A stretch of DNA of 64,000 nt, taken from an uncultured Chloroflexia bacterium. GTDB lineage: Bacteria; Chloroflexota; Limnocylindria; Limnocylindrales; CSP1-4. This document shows, in pieces, positions 8,778 to 17,708 of the stretch; the stretch's first letter is position 1, and each line of letters begins with the position of its first letter. The notes under the pieces were generated by a model that searched no databases, was not told the origin of the DNA, and worked only from the letters and a program-made list of their open reading frames with translations. The stretch lies in contig CAWHYQ010000001.1 of assembly GCA_963833705.1 (NCBI GenBank), positions 499,583 through 563,582 of the forward strand, given 5' to 3'. A program made the position numbers and the translations under genes.

Positions 8778-10385
8778 TCACAGGAGGCGCGAACGCCCGC
8801 TCATCCCGGCCCAGGTCGGGAGCCCGGCGAGCTCGAGGAGGGTGGGCGCGACGTCGGCCAGGACGCCGTCGGCGAGGCGGCGACCGACGACGGCGCGCCC
8901 GATCATGACGAGCGGGACCGGGTTGAGTGAGTGTGCCGTGACGGCGTCCCCCTCGGCGTCGCGCAGCTGATCGGCATTGCCGTGGTCGGCGGTGATCGCC
9001 AGCACGGCGCCCGGGCCGTCGGTATCCGCGGCCTCGACCGCCTCGATCGCGGCGACGACGCGGGCGAGGCAGGTGTCGATGACCGCGAGGGCCGCCACGG
9101 TGGCATCCCACACGCCCGTGTGGCCCACCATGTCCGGGTTGGCGTAGTTCGCGACGATGAAGTCGTAGGTCCTGGAGCCGATCGCCTCGACGAGGGCGTC
9201 GGTCACGCTGACGGCGCTCATCGCCGGTTCGAGGTCGTAGGTCGCCACCCGCCGGCTCGGAACGAGCCTGCGATCCTCACCCGGATACGGTGGCTCGACG
9301 CCGCCGTTGAAGAAATACGTGACGTGGGCGTACTTCTCGGTCTCGGCGACGTGGAACTGGCGCCAGCCCGCCTCGGAGAACGCCTGGGCGAGCGAGCGCG
9401 CCTCCTCGGGCGGGAAGGCGACCTCGACCGGCAGACCCGCCTCGTAGTCGGTCATGGTCATCACGGCGACGCGGTCGGGGGCGGGTCGACCATCGGGCCC
9501 GGCGCGATCGAACGCGTCGAACTGGCCATCGGCCAGGGCATGCGTCAGCTGGCGCGCGCGGTCGGCCCGGAAATTGCCGTGGACGACGACATCGCCCGGT
9601 CGGACGATACCGTCGGCGCCATCGATGACCGTGGGGGCGACGAATTCGTCGGTCTCACCACGGGCGTATGCGGCCTCGATCGCGGCGGTCGCTGATGACG
9701 CGTGCTCGCCGACACCGTGCACGATGGCGTCGTACCCGCGCTCGACCCGATCCCACCGCCCGTCGCGATCCATCGCGAAGTAGCGGCCACCGACGGACGC
9801 GATGCGCACGTCGGGGTGGGCTCCGGTGAGCCGTCGCTCGAGATCGGTGACGAAGCCGAGACCGGACGATGGCGGCGTGTCACGGCCGTCGAGCAGGGCG
9901 TGGATCCGGACGGATGGGACGCCGGTCCGGGCCGCGAGCTCGACCAGGGCCACCAGGTGCCGGTCGTTGGCATGGACCCCGCCGGGTCCGATGAGGCTGA
10001 CGATATGCAAGCGGCCATCGGGACGGGCGACACGCCGGCACGCATCGAGCAGCGCGGGACGGGTCGCGAAACTCCCATCGGCGATGGCCGCATCGATGCG
10101 CGGCAGGTCCTGGAGGACCGGCCGGCCGGCGCCCAGGTTGAGGTGTCCCACCTCGGAGTTGCCCATCTGGCCGGGTGGCAGGCCAACCGCATCCTCCGAC
10201 GCGCGCAGGGTCGCGTGCGGCCAGTCGTGGAGCAGTCCGCGCCAGGTCGGCATGGGTGCGGCGGCGATCGCGTCGGCGGCCGGGTCGGTACCGATCCCGA
10301 AGCCGTCGAGCACGACCAGGACGATCGGTCGTGGCCGGTCGCGTCGTGGTCCCGGGGATCCGGGCTCCGTTCGCGTCTCCGTCAC
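8778..10385 (-). CDS. gpmI: 2,3-bisphosphoglycerate-independent phosphoglycerate mutase
   Basis: IVLVVLDGFGIG...GQMGNSEVGHLNLGAGR and ITADHGNAD motifs. The GTG start at 10385 overlaps the tpiA stop (GTGA). The longer track ORF to 10796 overlaps tpiA in another frame. Confidence 0.85.
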   Translation of the reverse strand: MTETRTEPGSPGPRRDRPRPIVLVVLDGFGIGTDPAADAIAAAPMPTWRGLLHDWPHATLRASEDAVGLPPGQMGNSEVGHLNLGAGRPVLQDLPRIDAAIADGSFATRPALLDACRRVARPDGRLHIVSLIGPGGVHANDRHLVALVELAARTGVPSVRIHALLDGRDTPPSSGLGFVTDLERRLTGAHPDVRIASVGGRYFAMDRDGRWDRVERGYDAIVHGVGEHASSATAAIEAAYARGETDEFVAPTVIDGADGIVRPGDVVVHGNFRADRARQLTHALADGQFDAFDRAGPDGRPAPDRVAVMTMTDYEAGLPVEVAFPPEEARSLAQAFSEAGWRQFHVAETEKYAHVTYFFNGGVEPPYPGEDRRLVPSRRVATYDLEPAMSAVSVTDALVEAIGSRTYDFIVANYANPDMVGHTGVWDATVAALAVIDTCLARVVAAIEAVEAADTDGPGAVLAITADHGNADQLRDAEGDAVTAHSLNPVPLVMIGRAVVGRRLADGVLADVAPTLLELAGLPTWAGMSGRSRLL

Positions 10386-11182
10386 GCGGCGCCGCGGGCC
10401 GCGGCGGTCAATCCGGCCCGCGCGACGATGCCGGCCATCTCGTCCGGCTTGAGCGAAGCGCCGCCGACGAGGGCCCCGTCGATCGTCGGCTCCGCCAGGA
10501 ACTCGGCGATGTTGGCCGACGTGACGCTGCCGCCGTACAGGACCGGGACGTCGGCCGATGCGTCGCCCCAGCCGAGCCCGTCGAGGACGGTCCGGATCGT
10601 GGCTGCCATCGCGGCGGCGTCGCGGCCGCTGGCGTTGCGCCCGGTCCCGATCGCCCAGACCGGTTCGTATGCGATGACCAGTCCGGCCGAACGCAGGCGT
10701 TCGGGGTCGTGGTCGGCGAGGGCTCCCTCCAGCTGGCGGTGGACGACCGCCTCCTGGGCGCCGGCCTCGCGCTCGGCAAGTTGCTCGCCGACACACAGGA
10801 TGGGCCGCAGGCCGGCATCGACGGCTCGCCCGAGCTTCCGTCCGATGAGCTCGTCGGTCTCGGCCGCGTCACGCCGGCGCTCCGAGTGGCCGACGATGAC
10901 CCAGGTGGCGAGCCCGACCAGCATCGGCGCGGCGACCTCGCCGGTGAAGGCACCCTGCAGCTCGTGGTGGACGTTCTGGGCACCCACGGCGACGCCAGGG
11001 TCGTCCTCGGCGAGCGCGTCGCGGACCGCGGCGAGGCACACGAACGGCGGGCAGATGACCCGCACGACCCCGGCCACACGGGTCCGGCCCGCGATCGTGC
11101 GCGCCAGGTCGCCGGCATCGGCTGGGATCGTGTGCATCTTCCAATTGGCGGCCACGATGACGTCGCGCATCGCTCGAATCAT
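10382..11182 (-). CDS. tpiA: triosephosphate isomerase
   Basis: AANWKMH, VIVGHSERR, AYEPVWAIGTG and YGGSV motifs. The ATG at 11182 overlaps the whiA stop (ATGA). Confidence 0.9.
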   Translation of the reverse strand: MIRAMRDVIVAANWKMHTIPADAGDLARTIAGRTRVAGVVRVICPPFVCLAAVRDALAEDDPGVAVGAQNVHHELQGAFTGEVAAPMLVGLATWVIVGHSERRRDAAETDELIGRKLGRAVDAGLRPILCVGEQLAEREAGAQEAVVHRQLEGALADHDPERLRSAGLVIAYEPVWAIGTGRNASGRDAAAMAATIRTVLDGLGWGDASADVPVLYGGSVTSANIAEFLAEPTIDGALVGGASLKPDEMAGIVARAGLTAAARGAA

Positions 11183-12022
11183 GCCAGAGCCGGGTGCCTC
11201 CGACGGTGGCGTCCGCCCAGGCCCTGCCGCGCCCTCGGGTCGGCCCACCGCGCCGAGTCCGATTCGTCCCCCTCGGCCAGCCGCTCGAGCCGTTCGAGCG
11301 CTCGCTGGACGGCCGAGCGGTGGATCTCGAGCCGCTCGGCGAGATCGGCCAGGCTGGCCTCCGGTGTCTCGCGGCGGGCATCGGCGACGAGGCGGACGAC
11401 GTAGGGCTGGGTCGCCAGCCGCCCGTCGGAATCGAGCGTCGCGATGGCATCGAGCTGACGGCCAGCGGCACTCACCGCCCGCTGGAGGTTGGCCGATTCG
11501 GCATTGAGCACCCGGTTGAGCTCGCCGCGGAGCGCACGCGAGACCTGGCGTGCCTCGACTTCGAGCAGGGTCCCGCTCGCGCCGATGCGGCGCAGGAACG
11601 TGCCGACCGCCTCGCCGCTCTTCGAGGTCACGACGCCACGGCCGCGCCGGAGCCGCCACGACGCGGGCAGGCCGATGTCGGCGAGGCGTCGGGTCAGGTC
11701 GGGTGCGTCGTCCGGACTCGACCACGAACTCGAGATGCGTCCGACCGCCGGCCAGGCTCAGGGACCCGCGGGCGAGGAACCGGCCGCGCAGCCACGCCGC
11801 GCGACAGTGTTCGGCGGCGGTCGACCACTCGAACGGGAGGCCCCCACTCCCCTCCCCGAGCCGTCGCAGGCGGATGGTCAGCCGTGCGACGGAGGCTTCC
11901 CGGCCGGTGGGCTCGGGCCCGAGTCCGGCGACCTCGGCGGCTCGATCGCACGCCCTCGATGGGTCGATGGCGGCGAGTTCGTCGCGCAGGGCCGTGACGA
12001 GGTCCCGCTCTGAGCGCGTCAT
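11179..12022 (-). CDS. whiA: sporulation/cell-division regulator WhiA, interrupted by one apparent 1-nt frame change near 11711-11716
   Basis: The N-terminal half ends ..RGRFLARGSLSLAGGRTHLEFVVES. The sequence continues in the adjacent frame as DDAPDLTRRLADIGLPASWRLRRGRGVVTSKSGEAVGTFLRRIGASGTLLEVEARQVSRALRGELNRVLNAESANLQRAV. Confidence 0.8.
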
Positions 12023-13359
12023 CTCAGGCGGTCCGCCCCGTGGCCCTGGCCGTGATCCGGCGACGTGAGCCGGATCTCCTGCTCGAGCGCGCGGATCAGC
12101 GAGGCGGCCAGGCGGCCAGGATCGTGATGGTGCGGATCCGTCGGGTCGACGACATCGTCGAGGATGAGCCGGGGCGCCGGGATCGAGGTGGGCGGCCAGC
12201 GAAGCTTGACCGCCCGGGCGGATCGGTCCGCGGACGCGGCCACGGTGAATTGATTGTTGGCCAGCACGATGTCGACGAGCGCCGGGCTGGTGTGGGCGAC
12301 GAGGGCATCGAGATGCGCCGCCAGGTCGTAGCCCGCGGTCTCGCCCTCCTGGGTCGCCACGTTGCAGACGAAGACGCGCGGGGCCGACGTTGCGAGGACC
12401 GCCTCGCGGATGGCCGGGATGAGCAGGCTCGGGAGCAGGCTGGTGTACAGGCTCCCCGGGCCAAGGACGATCAGTTCGGCCTCGGCGATCGCCGCGAGCG
12501 CATCGTCCGACGCGTGCACGTCATCTGGCGTGAGCCAGACACGCTCGATGCCGGAGGTGCGCATGATCCGCGATTGCCCGTCGACGACACCACCGTCCGT
12601 CAGCCGGGCATGGAGCGTCAGTGGGATCGGCGAGACCGGCACCACCTGGCCGCGGACCGCGAGGATCCGGTTCATCAGCCGGACGCCATCCTCGAAATCG
12701 CCGCCCTCGACCGCCGTCATCGCCGCGATGAGGAGGTTGCCGACGGCGTGACCGGCCAGGCCCGTCGTGTCGCCGGCGACCGGATCGGGGAAGCGGTACT
12801 GGAGGACGTCGCTCATGAGCGGCTCGGCATCGGCGAGGGCCGCGATGCAGTTCCGGATGTCGCCGACCGGCGGGATGCCGAGCTCCGCTCGAAGCACGCC
12901 CGACGAACCACCGTCGTCGGCGACCGTGACGATCGCGGTCAGATTGCTGGTGTACTCCTTCATCCCGCGCAACAGGGTGGACAGGCCGGTCCCACCGCCG
13001 ATCGCCACGATCCGCGGGCCGCGGGCGAGGAATCGCTTCTGGTAGATCAGCTCGACGAGCGGCTGATCGGGATCGGTCGTCCGAAGCGGGTCGGTCAGGA
13101 CGCGGACGAGGCGATAGGCGCCGAACGCCACCAGGGCGACCCCGACGGAACCGGCGATGAGCCCACGAAGCTCATACGGCAGGAACTGCAGCGTGATCAC
13201 GTCGATGATCGCCTCGGCCGGCCCGGTCGGATCGAGGTCGCGCGTGATCTGGCGCAGGAAATGGGCGAACGCGACGGCGAGCAGGAGCAGGCCCGCGAAG
13301 ACGACCAGGAGCCAGCGCTTGATCCCGATCCCCGGGGTCAGCCAGCGCCGCAGGTTCAT
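12019..13359 (-). CDS. yvcK: YvcK/CofD-like gluconeogenesis factor family protein with an N-terminal membrane extension
   Basis: IVAIGGGTGLSTLLRGMK...TVADDGGSSG...GDIRNC motifs. ATGA overlaps at both ends, with rapZ and whiA. Confidence 0.85.
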   Translation of the reverse strand: MNLRRWLTPGIGIKRWLLVVFAGLLLLAVAFAHFLRQITRDLDPTGPAEAIIDVITLQFLPYELRGLIAGSVGVALVAFGAYRLVRVLTDPLRTTDPDQPLVELIYQKRFLARGPRIVAIGGGTGLSTLLRGMKEYTSNLTAIVTVADDGGSSGVLRAELGIPPVGDIRNCIAALADAEPLMSDVLQYRFPDPVAGDTTGLAGHAVGNLLIAAMTAVEGGDFEDGVRLMNRILAVRGQVVPVSPIPLTLHARLTDGGVVDGQSRIMRTSGIERVWLTPDDVHASDDALAAIAEAELIVLGPGSLYTSLLPSLLIPAIREAVLATSAPRVFVCNVATQEGETAGYDLAAHLDALVAHTSPALVDIVLANNQFTVAASADRSARAVKLRWPPTSIPAPRLILDDVVDPTDPHHHDPGRLAASLIRALEQEIRLTSPDHGQGHGADRLR

Positions 13360-14264
13360 GTGCGATCCAGTTCGCGATGGAACACGGAGACTGGCCCCTG
13401 ATCACGCTCGCGGAGCCAGGCGGCGACCTCCTCGGCGATCACGATCGACCGGTGGTACCCGCCGGTGCAGCCGATCCCGATCGTCAGGCGGGTCTTGCCC
13501 TCGGCGATGTAGGCCGGCACGGTGAAGTCGAGGAACTCCTGGAGGAACGCCAGGAACCGGCCGGCGACCGGCTGACCGAGGACGAACGTCCGGACCTCGT
13601 CCGTGAGGCCGGACAGCGGGCGCAGCGCCGCGACGTAGTACGGGTTCTGCATGAACCGGACATCGAACACGAGGTCCGCCTCGAGCGGCACGCCGTACTT
13701 GTAGCCGAAGCTGATCAACTGGAACGCCAGCTGGTCCGGGCGGACGTCCGTGGCCAGTTGCGCGAACAGGCGCTCGCGGAGCTGCCGGAGCGACAGGTCG
13801 GAGGTGTCCACGACCACGTCCGAGTCCGAGCGCACCGGGTCCAGGATGCGCCGCTCCTCCGCGATCGAGCTGGCGAGGCCGTGCCGGTCGCCCAGCGGGT
13901 GGCGGTGGCGGGTCTCGCTGAACCGGCGGATCAGGACGTCGTCGTCGGCTTCGAGGAAGACCACCCGAGGCCGGATCCCGCGACCCTCGAGGGCACCGCG
14001 CATGGCCGCGAGCGCGAGCGTGGCATCGCCGGCGCGGACGTCGAGGACGATCGCCACGCGCGCGAACCGTTCACGGTCGGCCGAGACGAGTTCCGCCAGG
14101 TCCGGCAGTAATTCGCCCGGCAGGTTGTCGACGACCGTGTAGCCGAGGTCTTCGAAGAGCTTGGCGGCGGCGGTCTTGCCGCCGCCCGACAGGCCGCTGA
14201 GGATGACGACCGCCGGGTCGGTCACTGCGTCGGACGAGGGTCGGACCTCGGCCTCGTCGGTCAC
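13356..14264 (-). CDS. rapZ: RNase adapter protein RapZ (YvcJ)
   Basis: Walker A region VVILSGLSGGGKTAAAKLFEDLGYTVVDNLP and C-terminal GCTGGYHRSI. The GTG at 14264 overlaps the tatC stop (GTGA). An alternative GTG lies at 14225. Confidence 0.85.
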   Translation of the reverse strand: MTDEAEVRPSSDAVTDPAVVILSGLSGGGKTAAAKLFEDLGYTVVDNLPGELLPDLAELVSADRERFARVAIVLDVRAGDATLALAAMRGALEGRGIRPRVVFLEADDDVLIRRFSETRHRHPLGDRHGLASSIAEERRILDPVRSDSDVVVDTSDLSLRQLRERLFAQLATDVRPDQLAFQLISFGYKYGVPLEADLVFDVRFMQNPYYVAALRPLSGLTDEVRTFVLGQPVAGRFLAFLQEFLDFTVPAYIAEGKTRLTIGIGCTGGYHRSIVIAEEVAAWLRERDQGPVSVFHRELDRT

Positions 14265-15053
14265 CGCCCGCTGCGCCTGATGAACAGGACCGTCAGCTCG
14301 AACAGGATGTACATCGTGCCGCCGAGGACGATCGGGCTGATGAGGTCGCCGCCGGGCGTCGCGACCGCGGCGAAGACGGAGATGCCGAGGATGATCATCC
14401 GTCGCGAGGAGCGTCAGCCGTTGCGAGGTCACGATGCCGACCCTCGACAGGCCCACCAGGAGGATCGGGAACTCCATGATCAGTCCGAAGACGAGGAACA
14501 GCGTCGTCACGAAGTCGAAGTACGGGCCGGCCGCCGGCTGCGCGACCAGCACGTCGTCCGTGAAGCTGAACAGGAAGCCGATCGCGTACGGCAGGATGGC
14601 ATAGGCGATGACCACGCCGATCGTGAAGAAGACCAGCGCGAGCGGGATCCACGGCCGGACCGTCCGCCGCTCCGTGGGTGTCAGCCCCGGGGCCACGAAC
14701 GCCCACAACTGGTACAGCAGGACCGGCATCGCCAGGATGATCCCGATGACGATCGAGATCTTCATCTGGATGACGAAGGCGTCGCCGATGCCGAGGACCT
14801 GCACCTTGTCGCCGGGCAGCGGCTCGATCAGGAAATTGCGGATCGGCACCGCGAAGTAGAAGCCGACGACCGAGCCGATCGCGACCGCCAGGATGCACTT
14901 GAAGATCCGGTCCCGCAGCTCGCCGAGATGATCGACGAGCGACATGACCGACTCGTCGCCGGGCGCCGCGGCGGGCGGCGGGAGCGGTTCGGGATCGGGT
15001 GTCGAGGGAACCCCGGTGACGCCCGGCTCGAGCAGGGCGTCAGCGTCGGCCAT
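14261..15053 (-). CDS. tatC: Sec-independent translocase TatC, interrupted by one apparent frame change near 14398-14405
   Basis: MSLVDHLGELRDRIFK... runs to ..VTSQRLTLLAT. The C-terminus RMIILGISVFAAVATPGGDLISPIVLGGTMYILFELTVLFIRRSGR* is in the adjacent frame. An alternative start lies at 14945. Confidence 0.8.
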
Positions 15054-15074
15054 GATCGCTGAGCGGCCGACCGG

Positions 15075-15463
15075 TCAGCTTGCGACGGTGGTCGAATCGG
15101 AGGTGGGCGCCGGCGCGACCGGTGCCGCGGGGGCGGGCTCGACCGCGGGAGCCGATCGACCGGGGGCGCGACGGGAGCCGCATCGACCGGCGGCGCGACA
15201 GCCACAGCAGGTGCGGCGGGCGCGGCTGCGACCGGCGCGGCGACGGCGGCTGCGACCGGCGCGGCGGCGGGAGCCGCGGCCGGGAGCGGCGACGTATCGA
15301 CGTCCACCTTGACCGCGTCCTGGACGTCCGTCGATGCCTTGCGGAACTCGCGGATGCTCTTGCCGAGCGACGCTCCGACCTCTGGCAGCTTGCCCGGCCC
15401 GAGGATCAGCAAGGCGATCACGAGGATGATGATGAGCTCTGGGGCTCCGATGTTCGGCAGCAT
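15075..15463 (-). CDS. tatA: Sec-independent translocase TatA/E with an Ala/Pro-rich tail; apparent frame change at a G5/C5 run (15162-15166)
   Basis: MLPNIGAPELIIILVIALLILGPGKLPEVGASLGKSIREFRKA is a canonical TatA N-terminus, with SD AGGAG upstream. The plausible tail ..GRSAPAVEPAPAAPVAPAPTSDSTTVAS* is in another frame and stops at 15075. Confidence 0.75.
15224..15266 (-). repeat. 24-nt-period tandem duplication inside the tatA Ala/Pro tail
   Basis: GGCTGCGACCGGCGCGGCG occurs at 15224-15242 and again at 15248-15266. Confidence 0.7.
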
Positions 15464-15543
15464 CTCGGTGCTCCTGTCGATGGCGAGATCGTGCAGAGTT
15501 CGGTCCTCGGCGAACCGAGGTCGTAGGTCCGTCTTTGCGGCGG

Positions 15544-16422
15544 CTAGGGTAGCACAGGAAGTCGCGCAGCCCATTCACGGGCGGCTGCCGCCAGGCGCTC
15601 TCCGGGGTCCCGGGCCTCGCCCGGTCCCGGTTCGCCGAGCGCCGCCCCGGCGATCCCGCGCGACACATTGACGAGCAGTCCGCGGCCGGGGACATCACCG
15701 GCCGGCGGCGCCGTCGCCGGTCCGTCGGCGAGGACCGCCTCGAGCGCGCCGCCCTGGGCCCCGACGCCCGGAACCAGCACGCCCAGACCCGGCGCCACCA
15801 CGCGGACGGCCCGCAGCTCGGCCGGGGCGGTCGCACCGACGACGAGTCCGACGGTGCCGCCCGGACCCCACATCGCGGCCCGTCGCGCCACCCTGAGGTG
15901 GAGCGCTTCGGCTGGAGCCCCGATGGAGGCGTCGGCCTCCACGACCAGGTTCTGGAGCTCGGCGGCACCCGGATTGGAGGTGCGACAGAGCACGTACGCG
16001 AAGCGGTCCGCGCGCTCGATGAAGGGCGCGATCGCCTCGGCACCGAGGTACGGGTTGACCGTCACGGCATCGGCACCGAGTCGGTCGAAGATCGCCACCG
16101 CCTGACGCGCGACCGTCGTCGAGATATCGCCGCGCTTGCCATCGGCGACGAACGGGAGGTCGGCGGGGAGCCGCGTCCGGATGCGCTCGAGGGCGGCCAT
16201 CCCGTCCGCCCCGAACGCCTCGAAGAACGCGAGGTTCGGCTTGATCGCGGCCGCGAAGGGCGCGCAGGTATCCGCGATCAGCGCCGCGAACCGCTCACAG
16301 CCGTCAAGGTCCGGGGAGTAGCCCTCGGGAAGGGCCGCCGGATCCGGGTCGAGACCGAGGCACAGGACGCTCCCGACCGCGGCCGATCGCGCGGCCAGCC
16401 GATCGAGGTAGGCGGCCGTCAC
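15544..16422 (-). CDS. pyrF: orotidine 5'-phosphate decarboxylase (type 2)
   Basis: LCLGLDPD..., KPNLAFFE and DGKRGDI motifs. The GTG at 16422 overlaps the stop of the upstream gene (GTGA). The track ORF extends falsely to 17124. Confidence 0.8.
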   Translation of the reverse strand: MTAAYLDRLAARSAAVGSVLCLGLDPDPAALPEGYSPDLDGCERFAALIADTCAPFAAAIKPNLAFFEAFGADGMAALERIRTRLPADLPFVADGKRGDISTTVARQAVAIFDRLGADAVTVNPYLGAEAIAPFIERADRFAYVLCRTSNPGAAELQNLVVEADASIGAPAEALHLRVARRAAMWGPGGTVGLVVGATAPAELRAVRVVAPGLGVLVPGVGAQGGALEAVLADGPATAPPAGDVPGRGLLVNVSRGIAGAALGEPGPGEARDPGERLAAAAREWAARLPVLP

Positions 16423-17708
16423 GGTGCGGTCGAGCCGCTCGAGCCCGGTGATGCGGTCGCGGAAGGGGTCGGCGTCGGAGGCGGTGCCGGCAGTTCCGAG
16501 GCCGGGACGTACCAGTCGGGTCGCGACGCACTGTCGAGGCCGGCGTTCTCGGTCAGGTCGATCGGGTCGGCGATCGTCCAGTTCGGGGCCGCCCCGCCGA
16601 GCTTGACCAGCTTGAGGTCGACGACCTGGCCGTCGATGTGGAGGTACGCGATCGAGTCGCCGGTGGGCGACCACGTCGGTGCCCACGACGCGCCGTCGTT
16701 GGTGATGCGCGCCAGTTCGCGGCCGCCCGACGCATCGAGGATCACGACGTCGTTGCCGAAGGCGCTGGTCTTGGTCGCGGCGATGTACCTCGCATCGGGC
16801 GACCACGATGGCTCGAGATAGCCGGGGCCGGTGAGCGTCGTGGCCCGATGCAGGCGCATGTCCCACCGGAAGATGGCGGGCGCGCCCCGCGCGCCGGAGC
16901 GCCCGTTGCGGACGTACAGGAGCGCCAGCCCATCGGGGCGCCAGGCGGGATCCTGATGCCCGAGGGGGGCGATCTCGCTGACGTCGGGCACGCTCGACTT
17001 CTTGCTGTTGATGTCGTAGAGCTGCAGGACGACGTCGCTCTTGGTCGGGTCGGGTCGGTCCGACACCATCGCCAGCGTCCTGCCGTCCGGGGAGAGGACC
17101 GGCTGTCGGATCCAGGAGAACCACTGATCGCCGTTCTTCCTGACCGCGCCGCTCAGCACGAGTTCGGCGGGAGCGCTGCCGTCGGCCTTGATCCGGGCGA
17201 TCACGGGGACGGTCATCGCGTAGCGACGGTCGCTGCCCTGCGACGGCCAGATCCCGATGTCGCCCGTCGTCCGGACGAAGTAGACGTACGTCCCGTCAGG
17301 CGACCACGACGGCATGGAATCACACGTCTCGGTCGCGGCGTCGGCGCTGCAGGGGACGTTCGTCAGCTGGTGGGCCTCCTTGCCCGTCTGGACCCAGATG
17401 TTGCCGTCCTTCGCGTAGACGATCGATCCGGCGAAGGTGATGACCTCGGGCACGATCACCACGTTGGACGGTGTCGCCGTCTTGACGGGTCCGCCCGGCG
17501 TGGTGCCGTTGCCGTTGCCATTCGCGGTGCCGTTGCCGTTGCCGGACGAGCCGCCGACGAACGGGATGTTGTTGTTGAGCAGGCTGAGCGTGAGGAACGC
17601 GACGATCAGCAGGCCGACGATCGACAGGACGGGCGGCAGCCACGACCCCACGGGACCGATGCCGTACGGGTCGCGGGTGGTCGGCCGGGGCGCCGTGGCA
17701 CGACTCAT
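16419..17708 (-). CDS. membrane-anchored TolB-like beta-propeller (PD40/WD40-like repeat) protein
   Basis: N-terminal TM helix and an NG-rich linker, followed by repeated PSWSPDG / LSPDGRTLA / WRPDG / WSPDARYIA / WSPTGDSIA motifs. Confidence 0.75.
   Translation of the reverse strand: MSRATAPRPTTRDPYGIGPVGSWLPPVLSIVGLLIVAFLTLSLLNNNIPFVGGSSGNGNGTANGNGNGTTPGGPVKTATPSNVVIVPEVITFAGSIVYAKDGNIWVQTGKEAHQLTNVPCSADAATETCDSMPSWSPDGTYVYFVRTTGDIGIWPSQGSDRRYAMTVPVIARIKADGSAPAELVLSGAVRKNGDQWFSWIRQPVLSPDGRTLAMVSDRPDPTKSDVVLQLYDINSKKSSVPDVSEIAPLGHQDPAWRPDGLALLYVRNGRSGARGAPAIFRWDMRLHRATTLTGPGYLEPSWSPDARYIAATKTSAFGNDVVILDASGGRELARITNDGASWAPTWSPTGDSIAYLHIDGQVVDLKLVKLGGAAPNWTIADPIDLTENAGLDSASRPDWYVPASELPAPPPTPTPSATASPGSSGSTAP

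Noticed and set aside
6787-8970. Very long plus-strand ORF (727 aa). Similar long ORFs lie opposite or out of frame with real genes: 55526-58882, 35475-37781, 18219-20270, 9702-11507, 33356-35581, 12040-13401 and 5157-6257.
   Set aside because: Their translations are Arg/Gly/Asp/Pro-rich low-complexity text with no family signatures. They lie antisense to, or out of frame with, well-supported genes (SBP, dnaE, uvrB, recJ, gpmI/tpiA, uvrA, yvcK, lemA). Long stop-free alternate frames are expected in such GC-rich DNA.
8778-10796. 137-aa N-terminal extension of gpmI in the track ORF.
   Set aside because: It overlaps tpiA in another frame and is Arg-rich nonsense. The GTG at 10385, in a GTGA overlap with the tpiA stop, gives a normal-length GpmI.
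10382-12022. 546-aa ORF that looks like a WhiA-TpiA fusion.
   Set aside because: The middle 190 aa are Arg/Pro-rich nonsense. The WhiA C-terminal half is in the adjacent frame and stops at 11179, overlapping the tpiA ATG. The cause is one frame change near 11711-11716.
13356-15053. 565-aa ORF that looks like a TatC-RapZ fusion protein.
   Set aside because: The TatC C-terminus and its stop (14261-14263) are present in the adjacent frame. RapZ has its own GTG overlapping that stop. The apparent fusion is produced by one frame change near 14400.
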